From Calditrichia bacterium (GTDB taxonomy: Bacteria > Calditrichota > Calditrichia > JAJRVZ01), in NCBI GenBank assembly GCA_963796965.1, contig CAWCNS010000004.1, forward strand, positions 352,001 to 416,000: DNA of 64,000 nt, read 5' to 3'. Below, piece by piece: positions 1 to 9,435 of this stretch (position 1 is the stretch's first letter; each line of letters opens with the position of its first letter). The notes under the pieces were generated by a model. It saw only the letters and a program-made list of their open reading frames with translations. It ran no database searches and had not been told where the DNA came from. The translations under genes and the position numbers were made by a program.

Positions 1-480
1 GTAAAGCCGGACATCGTATTCACCATGTCTCCCCAGGATTATATGATTGATCATGAGATGACGAGTCAGATTGTAAGCACGGCCTGTTTTTCAGCGGGTA
101 TTAAACTAATCAAAACGGATGAGGTGGAGGCAGGCGATTGTGTTCCCCATCTCTACTATTGGGATCCTATGGAATGTAAAGATATATTCGGTAAAAAGGT
201 TGAGACTTCAATAATAGTTGATATCACCCCGGTGATGAAACTAAAAGAAGATATGCTTAAATGTCATGAAAGTCAGCGAAGCTGGTTGAAAGAACATCAT
301 GGAATAGATGAATATATTAATGCAATGAATAAATTTTCAGCATTGAGGGGAGAAGAAATAGGGACAACCTATGCAGAGGGATTTCGACAGCATTTAGGTC
401 ATGCTTATCCCCAGGACAATATATTAGAAAAGGAATTAGGCAGAGTTAGTCTATATAAAGTAATGGGTCTGTTCTATTAA
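1..480 (+). CDS. PIG-L/LmbE-family deacetylase, C-terminal part (5' end outside window)
   Basis: The frame is open from base 1 (VKPDIVFTMSPQDYMIDHEMTS). VDIT..K..ML.CHESQ and YAEGF are typical of PIG-L/LmbE C-terminal halves. Confidence 0.75.
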   Translation, partial: VKPDIVFTMSPQDYMIDHEMTSQIVSTACFSAGIKLIKTDEVEAGDCVPHLYYWDPMECKDIFGKKVETSIIVDITPVMKLKEDMLKCHESQRSWLKEHHGIDEYINAMNKFSALRGEEIGTTYAEGFRQHLGHAYPQDNILEKELGRVSLYKVMGLFY

Positions 481-537
481 GGAACAGCAGAAATTAACTT
501 GTATCAGGATTTTAGCCTATTAAAAATGGAGCATTAA

Positions 538-2922
538 ATGACACTAATAATGAAGGATGTAATTAGTTGTTTTCAGCTATATTCAACCAGAAAAATTAAA
601 TGGATAGTTTTATATTCAATACTATTTTTCAATCTAATTAGTTTGAGTAATACTGTTAATGCCCAAACCCCTGTTGTTCTCATTCCCGATGACACAAAGC
701 CAATTTTTATTAAAGAATGGGTGATTGCTGGTGCTTTCCCAAGTGCTGACATAAAATTACCCCCCTATAAAGGTCCCTATCGTGAAGGGTATTCAACTGA
801 TTATCTAAAATCTTTGGGTGGGGAAGGTAAAGCCAATATACAGGATGGTATGGTAGTTTCAACTGTGGACGGAAAGGAAATTGCATTTTCCCGTTATAAC
901 TGGAAGGATGATTACCTTGATCTGAACAAAGCAATTGGGGCAAAAAGCAATGTCTGCGCTTACATCTATACCGAGTTAGAAAGTAAAACTGAACAAACGG
1001 TAATACTGCATATTGGAACAAATGATGCTGGTAAGATGTGGGTTGGTGGAAGACTCGTGTGCTCTTACAGTGGTGATAGAGCGGCTAATCGTTCTCAGCA
1101 TACGACTGAGGTAAAACTTAAACCCGATCAACGCACACCCCTATTATTAAAAATTGATCAAGGCGGCGGTGGTTGGGGTACATATGTAGAGGTTTATGGA
1201 AGGACAGCGCATAAAAATTTCATGAAGGGAAAAATCGCGGACAAATTCGATATTTCTTCAGATACACCATTTCCAGTCATAGGTGATACAATCAATGCAT
1301 TTATTGTAAATTATCAAAGCTCGAATTGGTTTGAAATGGATGTGGATGTTGAATGGACTCTTGAAGATAGAGGAATCCCTATTCCACTAGCGGGTACAGA
1401 TGAACAAATAAGTTTGCCTATTCCCGATGGCCCTCCCAGAATAATACGTTTGCAGGCAATCAAGCAGGTGGGAAATAAACAAATAATCGGAACTTTAGAA
1501 ATAAAGACCAGGAAAAAGGAAATAATTGAATTCCAGGATAGTGATGGTATCTTAGATATTGGTAACCGTCTGGAATTGTTTGTTGATCATTTCTTGATCA
1601 ATAAATTGATCGATACAAAACTTGTTTTACACGAACCGCAGGATGAAGGTGCTGTTATCCGGTTTGATAAACCGTGGGAAGGTTTGTTTTGTGGGTATGT
1701 CACCATACTAAAGGAAGATGAAAAGTATCGCGCTTATTACAGGGGAAGACCATTTAAAGGTGTCGATGGAGATTCTAATGAGGTTACATGTTATGCAGAA
1801 TCACGAGATGGTATAAACTGGGATAAACCAAATCTTGGAATATACGAGGTAATGGGTGCGAAGGCTAATAATGTTATTTTAGCGAATACGCCGCCGTTTA
1901 CACATAATTTTAGTTCGTTTATAGACACCAATCCAAAAATATCTCAAAGTAAAAAGTACAAGGCCGTAGGGGGTACCCTGGAATCAGGATTATTCGGCTT
2001 TGTCTCCGAGGATGGGATTCATTGGAAAAAGATAAGTGAGACAGCTATATTTTCTAAAGGTGTCTTTGATTCACAGAATGTGGTATTTTGGTCTTCTAGT
2101 GAAAAGTTGTATGTCTGTTATTTCCGTACCTGGACTGGTCCTGAATATTCCGGGATCAGAACAATAAGCAGAACGACGTCACAAGACTTTATTCATTGGT
2201 CTGATCCGGTACAAATGGACTTTGGATACACGCCAATCGAACATCTCTATACAAATCAGACCTCTCCCTATTTCAGGGCACCCCATATTTATGTTTCAAT
2301 TGCTGCCCGGTTTATGCCCAATCGGCAGGTTATATCCGAAGAACAAGCTCTTAAACTGGATGTAAATCCAGGGTATTTTAAGGACTGTTCTGATGCCATA
2401 TTTATGACTTCCAGAGGCGGAAATAAATACGATCGGACATTTATGGAAGGTTTTATTCGCCCTGGAATTGGATTACAGAATTGGGTGTCTCGTACAAATT
2501 ATCCGGCCTTAAATGTTGTACAAACCAGCCCTGTTGAAATGTCAATCTATGTTCAGAAGGACTATGCGCAACCCACAGCCCATTTAAGACGCTATAGTTT
2601 ACGATTGGATGGATTCACTTCTGTCAGAGCATCGAATATCGTAGGTGAGATGATTACAAACCCCTTTTCCTTCAAAGGGAAGGAGCTGATTCTAAATTTC
2701 TCAACTTCAGCTGCTGGATTTATAAAAGTTGAAATCCTCGATGAACAGGGGAGCATTATACCCGGATATGAATTGGAAAGTTCTAAAGAGATAATAGGCA
2801 ATGAAATTGAAAAAACTGTTTTATGGAAGGGGAATCAAGAATTAACAAAATTAAATGGCAGGGCAATCAGGCTTCGCTTTGTTATGAAGGATGCCGATCT
2901 TTATAGCATAAAGTTTAGATGA
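538..2922 (+). CDS. Secreted multidomain protein: N-terminal beta-sandwich plus C-terminal five-bladed beta-propeller glycoside-hydrolase-like domain
   Basis: Signal-like N-terminus. Propeller repeats S.DG..W (ESRDGINW, SEDGIHW, SQDFIHWS) and a C-terminal RLDGF.S motif. Family not assignable by eye. Confidence 0.55.
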   Translation: MTLIMKDVISCFQLYSTRKIKWIVLYSILFFNLISLSNTVNAQTPVVLIPDDTKPIFIKEWVIAGAFPSADIKLPPYKGPYREGYSTDYLKSLGGEGKANIQDGMVVSTVDGKEIAFSRYNWKDDYLDLNKAIGAKSNVCAYIYTELESKTEQTVILHIGTNDAGKMWVGGRLVCSYSGDRAANRSQHTTEVKLKPDQRTPLLLKIDQGGGGWGTYVEVYGRTAHKNFMKGKIADKFDISSDTPFPVIGDTINAFIVNYQSSNWFEMDVDVEWTLEDRGIPIPLAGTDEQISLPIPDGPPRIIRLQAIKQVGNKQIIGTLEIKTRKKEIIEFQDSDGILDIGNRLELFVDHFLINKLIDTKLVLHEPQDEGAVIRFDKPWEGLFCGYVTILKEDEKYRAYYRGRPFKGVDGDSNEVTCYAESRDGINWDKPNLGIYEVMGAKANNVILANTPPFTHNFSSFIDTNPKISQSKKYKAVGGTLESGLFGFVSEDGIHWKKISETAIFSKGVFDSQNVVFWSSSEKLYVCYFRTWTGPEYSGIRTISRTTSQDFIHWSDPVQMDFGYTPIEHLYTNQTSPYFRAPHIYVSIAARFMPNRQVISEEQALKLDVNPGYFKDCSDAIFMTSRGGNKYDRTFMEGFIRPGIGLQNWVSRTNYPALNVVQTSPVEMSIYVQKDYAQPTAHLRRYSLRLDGFTSVRASNIVGEMITNPFSFKGKELILNFSTSAAGFIKVEILDEQGSIIPGYELESSKEIIGNEIEKTVLWKGNQELTKLNGRAIRLRFVMKDADLYSIKFR

Positions 2923-3004
2923 TAAAGTAGTGTCATAGTATAAGAGATTACGAAGAGGAGATAAAGAGAAGAATCATTAACATAAATAAAATTAATAAGT
3001 TATA

Positions 3005-3063
3005 CCGTGGACTCTGCCTGCCCCGTAAAGTCTGACGGAGTCAGATTAGTACGGGGTGGTTAT
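3005..3063. repeat. Family B right arm interrupted by a CCTG-CCCCGT...ACGGGG hairpin (3017-3056)
   Basis: ACTCTG[insert]TGGTTAT here versus uninterrupted ACTCTGTGGTTAT at 31146-31158. Confidence 0.6.
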
Positions 3064-3100
3064 TTTTTACACTACCGATAAAAAGAACAGGATAAAGATA

Positions 3101-4531
3101 ATGAAAAAAAATCGCAGAGATTTTTTAAAAATGACGGGTTTAACCCTGGCAGGTGCAGGTGTATTAAATGGTTACGCTTCAGATTCTGAGAACCAGAATA
3201 ATACAAATCTGGCAGAAACCATGAAGGAATATGAGAAAAAGCATAAACAGTCTTTCAATATGTCAGGCTATGCCGCTCCCGGGATGGATGTTGTTCGGGT
3301 AGGTATCATTGGAGTAGGGCAACGGGGACCGACCTATATCAAAATCATGGGGCGTGTGGAGGGTGTCGATATAAAGGCAATCTGTGATATTCGACCAGAA
3401 AAAGCAGAAGCATCAAAAAAAATGGCTGAAGAATTGGGTTACAAACCAATGGTTTATTCTGATAATAAAGATAGTTGGAAAAAACTTTGCGAACGTGATG
3501 ATATTGATCTGGTGATTGTGACGACGCCATGGACCATGCATGCGGAGATGGGTGCGTATGCGATGAACCAGGGGAAACATACGGCCATTGCTGTCCCTGC
3601 AGCGGCAACCATTGAAGAATGTTGGCAGCTGGTTAAGACCTCTGAAGAAACTAAAAAACATTGCATGATGCTGGAGAACTGCAGTTACCACACTTTTCAA
3701 ATGTTGACCCTAAATATGGCACGAAAAGGTTTTTTTGGTGAAGTTGTGCATGGAGAATGTGCCTATAATTCAAGTAAAATGCGTAATAATTTTTCAAAAA
3801 CCATGTATTGGGATATGTGGTGGCTCAAAGAATATGCCAGCAAAAAGGGCAATATTTATCCTACGCATGGCCTGGGTCCGGTTTCTCAGATCATGGATAT
3901 TAACCGGGGGGATAAATTTGAGTTTCTGGTCTCGGTTGAAAGTAAAGACTTTATGATGGCAGACAAAGCCAATGAGTTGGCAGCCACAGATGATTTTTAT
4001 AAAGAATTTGCCAACAGGGATTATCGGGGCAATATGAATACGACCATTATTAAAACGAATAGAGGACGAACAATCATGTTGCAGCATGATGCGACATCAC
4101 CTTCACCGGAGACTTATATTCATGGTATCTATGGAACACAGGGTGCGGCATTAAAATATCCATATCCACCACGTGTATCTACGGGAAATCATAAATGGGC
4201 CTCTCCGGAAGAGTTCGAGAAAATCAAAAAGAAATATTCACCGGCAATCATAAAAGAAATGGATGAGTTGGCAAATAAAATTGGCGGGCATGGGGGATCT
4301 GATACTTATAAAAGTTGGCGTCTTATAGATTGTTTGCGTCATGGGTTCCCGGTTGACATTGATGTGTACGATTCCGTTGCCTGGAGTTGTATATTACCCT
4401 TGAGTTCCTGGTCGGTTCATAATCAGTCCAATTCGATACAAATCCCTGATTTTACGGCGGGTGCCTGGAAATCCAACGATAGAAATATGGATATAGAATT
4501 AAAAAATTACGGGAAGACTTTGATGCGATGA
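3101..4531 (+). CDS. GH109-family NAD-dependent glycosidase (Gfo/Idh/MocA fold), Tat signal
   Basis: ATG at 3101 gives MKKNRRDFLK (twin arginine). GIIGVGQRG Rossmann motif, MMLENC, YPTHGLGP and GGHGG.D are GH109 motifs. Confidence 0.85.
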   Translation: MKKNRRDFLKMTGLTLAGAGVLNGYASDSENQNNTNLAETMKEYEKKHKQSFNMSGYAAPGMDVVRVGIIGVGQRGPTYIKIMGRVEGVDIKAICDIRPEKAEASKKMAEELGYKPMVYSDNKDSWKKLCERDDIDLVIVTTPWTMHAEMGAYAMNQGKHTAIAVPAAATIEECWQLVKTSEETKKHCMMLENCSYHTFQMLTLNMARKGFFGEVVHGECAYNSSKMRNNFSKTMYWDMWWLKEYASKKGNIYPTHGLGPVSQIMDINRGDKFEFLVSVESKDFMMADKANELAATDDFYKEFANRDYRGNMNTTIIKTNRGRTIMLQHDATSPSPETYIHGIYGTQGAALKYPYPPRVSTGNHKWASPEEFEKIKKKYSPAIIKEMDELANKIGGHGGSDTYKSWRLIDCLRHGFPVDIDVYDSVAWSCILPLSSWSVHNQSNSIQIPDFTAGAWKSNDRNMDIELKNYGKTLMR

Positions 4532-4609
4532 ATTAAGAAATATTTATCTAAAATTGACGAAGATGTTTCAGATTAAATAATTTTAATAGAAAAAGGTGAT
4601 TTTCTGTTC

Positions 4610-4654
4610 GAATAAGCAAAATCTAATTCCCCCTTTGAAGGGGGTTAGGGGGGA
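4610..4654. repeat. Solo copy of the DUF559 cassette 1 end
   Basis: AAAATCTAATTCCCCCTTTGAAGGGGG (4618-4644) is the exact reverse complement of 29490-29516. Confidence 0.85.
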
Positions 4655-4695
4655 ATATATTTTGCCCATAAGTCATAGTAATTAAAAGGTTAAAT

Positions 4696-6825
4696 ATGGT
4701 TATATCGAAGCATAAGATTGAAAAATTTATAAATCTATTTCTTTTAATCACATTAGTTGCAGCTGTCTCAACTTGTTCTAATACAAGAAATAAAGCAAGT
4801 GGTGATAGAAATGTCGATAGCGAAACAGAAAGTGTATTCTATATCTCGCCCGATGGTAATGATAAAAATGTCGGGAGTATGGAACAACCATTTGCCTCGC
4901 TTGAGCGGGCCAGTCACGAATTCAGAAAAGTATCTGCAAAATCGATTATACTATATCTGCGCGAGGGATATTATCCACTTTCACAATCATTCGTTTTGGA
5001 TAAAAAGAATTTCACTCACGATGTTTCAATTCATATCTCCTCTTTTCCCGGTGAAAATGCACATATCATTGGTGGAAAGGAAATCAGGAATTTTAAGTTA
5101 CTTGATCCTCAATCAGAAGCATACGAGAACATTGATCCGAAATTTCGCCCAAATATTCAATTAATTGATCTGAAGCGTAATGGGATTACAGAATTTGGGG
5201 CTTTGTCAGCCAGGGGGTTTGGCCGAGCGATTCAGCCATCCGGGCTCCATTTATATTTTGACGAAAAACCAATGACACTCGCCCGCTGGCCAAATACGCA
5301 GTGGACAAAAATTAAAGATGTTCCCGATATAATGGAGGGGAAGGGATTTTCATATGATGGAGATCGACCCTCCCGATGGTTAAATGCTCCAGATTTATGG
5401 CTGCATGGATATTGGAAATATGACTGGTCCGACAACTATGTCAAAATCGCTGAGATCGACACAGCAAAAAAGCTTATTGTGACGGAACCTCCACACAGCA
5501 ACTATCCTTTTACAGAGGGAAAACGATTCTATGCCCTAAATCTTCTGGAGGAGTTGGATATGCCCGGTGAGTGGTATTTGGACAGGAGCACGGGCTTGTT
5601 GTATTTCTGGCCACCCTCTGACATACATGGGGCAAAGGCATTTGTCTCACTTTTGCAAGATCCACTGATTCAAGTAAAAAACCTCAACAACATCACTTTT
5701 AAAAACCTGACCTTCGAATATACTTGCGGAGCAGGTGTGGAAATTATTGGTGGTCAAAATAATAAAATTGAGAATTGTCTGTTACGGAATATGGGCACTG
5801 TAGCGATTAGTATTGGGGAACTTATACCGAATCCCGGTAGTGTGATTTATCAGAACACACTATACAATGGCAATGCCGGACATAATAATGGTGTGATGAG
5901 CTGTGAGATCTATTCAACCGGGGAAGGCGGAATCATTCTTGGGGGCGGAGATCGTGCCACACTTACACCTGGACAAAACTATGCAATTAATAATAATATT
6001 TATGATTGTTCCCGCTGGGTGCGAACATACCGGGCGGGGATATTTATGTATGGAGTTGGTAATATTGTAAAAAATAATCATATTCATGACTTGCCTCATA
6101 CGGCCGTTTTCTTCTGGGGTAATGAACATTTGCTTGAATATAATGAAATCCATCATGTCTGCATGGAAACCGGAGATGCAGGCGCCATTTATAATGGCCG
6201 CGACTGGTCTCAGCGTGGTAGTATTATTCGCTACAATTATTTTCATCATCTGCATGGTGTAGAGGGGCAAGGAGGTTTTACCGATGTTATGGCCGTCTAT
6301 ATGGATGACTGGGCCAGTGGTACCACAGTTTTTGGAAACATCTTTTATAAATCCGGCCGTACGGTGATGATTGGTGGCGGCAGAGATAATCTGGTTGAGA
6401 ATAATATTATTATCGATGGAACTCCTGCCATTCACGTTGATGCCCGGGGTATGGGCTGGGCCAAATATTATTTTGATGGTTCTGATACGACCTTGTTTAA
6501 ACGTCTAAATGCTATTCAACCTGATAAACCTCCCTATAGCAAAAGATATCCTAAACTCATGAATGTCCTTAATGATGATCCTGCTTTACCCAAGGGGAAC
6601 AGAATTATTCGAAATATTAGTTCTGGAGGCAAATGGCTCGAATTGCACAATGATGAGACCGAGCCTCTGGTATATTTTCAGGATAACAGTATAGATGTTG
6701 ATAAACATTTCCTCATGGATAAAGATGATAAGATTCAGATACACTATGATTCAAATATAATTCCTCCCGGATTTCAACCTATTCCTTTCGATAAGATTGG
6801 ATTGAAAAAAGAGTTTGTGAAATAA
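4696..6825 (+). CDS. Secreted right-handed parallel beta-helix protein (GH141-like / pectin-lyase fold)
   Basis: FYISPDGND..GS..PFASL start, LARWPN, ELDMPGEWY, repeated N.I turns, ETGDAGAIY, VYMDD. Confidence 0.7.
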   Translation: MVISKHKIEKFINLFLLITLVAAVSTCSNTRNKASGDRNVDSETESVFYISPDGNDKNVGSMEQPFASLERASHEFRKVSAKSIILYLREGYYPLSQSFVLDKKNFTHDVSIHISSFPGENAHIIGGKEIRNFKLLDPQSEAYENIDPKFRPNIQLIDLKRNGITEFGALSARGFGRAIQPSGLHLYFDEKPMTLARWPNTQWTKIKDVPDIMEGKGFSYDGDRPSRWLNAPDLWLHGYWKYDWSDNYVKIAEIDTAKKLIVTEPPHSNYPFTEGKRFYALNLLEELDMPGEWYLDRSTGLLYFWPPSDIHGAKAFVSLLQDPLIQVKNLNNITFKNLTFEYTCGAGVEIIGGQNNKIENCLLRNMGTVAISIGELIPNPGSVIYQNTLYNGNAGHNNGVMSCEIYSTGEGGIILGGGDRATLTPGQNYAINNNIYDCSRWVRTYRAGIFMYGVGNIVKNNHIHDLPHTAVFFWGNEHLLEYNEIHHVCMETGDAGAIYNGRDWSQRGSIIRYNYFHHLHGVEGQGGFTDVMAVYMDDWASGTTVFGNIFYKSGRTVMIGGGRDNLVENNIIIDGTPAIHVDARGMGWAKYYFDGSDTTLFKRLNAIQPDKPPYSKRYPKLMNVLNDDPALPKGNRIIRNISSGGKWLELHNDETEPLVYFQDNSIDVDKHFLMDKDDKIQIHYDSNIIPPGFQPIPFDKIGLKKEFVK

Positions 6826-9163
6826 ATGAAAAATACAGTCATATTTTCTAAATCTATCTGGTTTTACAGCATATTATTAACCCTAATATTCTTTGGGGTC
6901 CAATTTCTATTCGCACAAGGCCTCACTATTAGTGGGCTTGTAACATCCGGGGAGGTAAATGCACCGGTAATTGGGGGAGTTAGGGTTTTACTTAAAGGTT
7001 CTTTAGTAGAAACGGTTACCGATCATTATGGTGCTTATAAAATTGACGTTCCGGGGAACGAATCGGTCCTGGTATTTTCATATGCAGGTATGACCACACA
7101 GGAAATTAAAGTTGGTGCAAAATTAAAGATTGATGTGGATCTGGTAAAGATTATTCAGGAAAAAATACAAACGGTGCAGGCGACACGAGTAGCCATAGTT
7201 CTCCGATCGGATGTCAGTACTATTGAACATAATGTGGCTAAGGTTTTACAAGACAGGATGCAATTAAACAGTCGGGTGGCTGTAACAATTACTCAAAAAC
7301 CAGATATAGTCGCAAGTCTGCATATCTATCTGGGGTTGGCAAATAAGAACAAGCAATTGGATAAACTTTGTACAACCCACAATATAATGCTGCCTGGCCG
7401 CAGCAAACCAGCACCCGAGGGATATGCAGCCAAATTGATCAATCCTGATAATACCCCTGCGATTATTGCAGTTGGAACCGATAATCGGGGGGTGCTTTAT
7501 GCGGCTGGTGAGATTCTTCGACAAATGGAAGCCTTGCCCCTGGCTGTCTCGTTCAAGACTTTTAATGTTAGTAGTGCACCGGCCTATCGGTTTCGTGGGG
7601 GGGATGCTTACCAGGGGCATACGATGAGAAAATATACACAGGCCCGTGAGTGGACATTAGCTGAGTGGAAACAAGTTGTTCTGGATTATGCATTAGCCGG
7701 GGCAAATTGCTTCAAATCTGAATGGACTGGGGGTGAGAAATATGAGTTTATCAAATCATTTGACCTGATGACAAATATCGGAATTCGTCCTAATCAAATG
7801 CAAGGTGATTATCCCGAAGAATGGAATGCCGGGGGATTGCATGATTGGGAATGGATTGGAAATAATTGGGTCTGCCCCAGTTTGCCTTTCAGCTCGAGAA
7901 GCGCTGATTAATCAATGGGCTGAAAAGTTTAAGACATTGGAGAGCCATGACGTTTTACGCTTTTACGCCGGAGATGCCGGAGGATGTCGGGATGAACGTT
8001 GTATGCCTTGGGGAAAAACTTTTGTGCAACTGTGCGAGGATATTTCGAATGTTGTACTCAAAACTTATCCCAGTTTGAACATCCAGATCGTCAACCAGGA
8101 TTTAACCAATGAAGGCGATTTAGCCATTTTTAAATATCTCTCAAGAAAGCCCCGAAAATGGTTGTATGGAATTTCATATGGGCCGGGAAGTAATGCAATG
8201 TCATGGTATTTCCACCGTAAACTACGCGATGATCTTTTCGAGTATCCGGGGTATGGCTGGCTGAATCGCTATTTGGCGGAAATACTTCACCAACTTCCAA
8301 TAGATCAAAAGGTTATAAATTTTTCAGATATCACACATTGGATAAGTGCCCAATATCATGTTGAAAACCCGGAACGAAATATTGCGAAATCCTATGGAAG
8401 ACGCACATTGCATACCCGACCAAAGGCTTTGTACAAAATATTTCAGGCGATTATGCCCTTTTCTCAGGGAGATATTATTTATACAGAGGGTTATCACGAT
8501 CATTTTCATCAGTACATTTGGTACCGTTTGTTATGGAACCCTCACCAGGAAATTCAAGATGTGGTTGGAGAGTACTGCAGGATATATTTCGGGGATAAGG
8601 CAGTTACCTTGATGGTTGACGCTATATTTCAGTTGGAGAATAATTTAGAAGTACCTCTTGAAACTAATGAAGGCATTGATCGATATTACGCATTAGTTAA
8701 AGAAGCCGGACGAATTATTCCCGCAAATCTAATGAAAAAAAACCATCTTTGGCGTCTGTATATGCAAAAAGGCGCTCTGGACAAATATATTCAATTAAAA
8801 TTACAGCGAGAATTATTTCAGGAGGAACGTGTTCGTCGATTGTTGCAGTCAGCACTAGAAACAGGAGATTTGAATACAGCCATCAAACAATCACTGACAA
8901 TTCTGGCAGAACCGAATGAGACACCGGTGATGGTGTTTTACCAGGAGGAAGCAGATAGACTCGGCATAGAATCGGAGCAACTTTTTGCTGTTCGTAATAT
9001 AGGATATTTCAAACTAAAGCAGTCTTTGAGAGACATACCAGATCTGGTGGATGTTTTGAAGAAGGCAAAAACTTCGGCATTAAGGAACGAGCAGAATATG
9101 CTGTTAGTGTCCGCGATTAAATCAACTCAAAAGAAAACCGACTATGGGCGTGTTTATTGGTAG
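6826..9163 (+). CDS. Putative secreted glycoside hydrolase with N-terminal carboxypeptidase-regulatory-like domain (frameshift near 7880)
   Basis: ORFs 6826-7911 and 7805-9163 join in sequence. A SusC-type N-terminal domain (ISG.V...TD..GAY...LVFSY.G) is followed by a GH20/GH67 N-domain-like EGY..GTD.RGVLY..SAP..FRG segment. Confidence 0.55.
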
Positions 9164-9435
9164 CCTGACAAAAGCAGTATAAGTTTAACATTTATAATTC
9201 AATACATTCGCGATGATCTAGATCATGATTGGGTGATTGTTTGATAGGACTTCGATTTAAGATAGCTATTAAACTGTGAAAATTTGTGGACTTGAAGGCC
9301 TGGCCTGCGTTTATAATAAATCAGCTTAGTTAAGAACTAATTAAAGATGAGTGTTACAATTAATTATTACTGCCATGTTTTTTATCGGGCGCTGAGATGT
9401 GACATTTGAATTAGAGACTAAGGAGTATGTTTTAG

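Noticed and set aside
9213..9226. Palindrome ATGATCTAGATCAT as an operator
   Set aside because: Single occurrence, no regulator in the window, and no second copy found.
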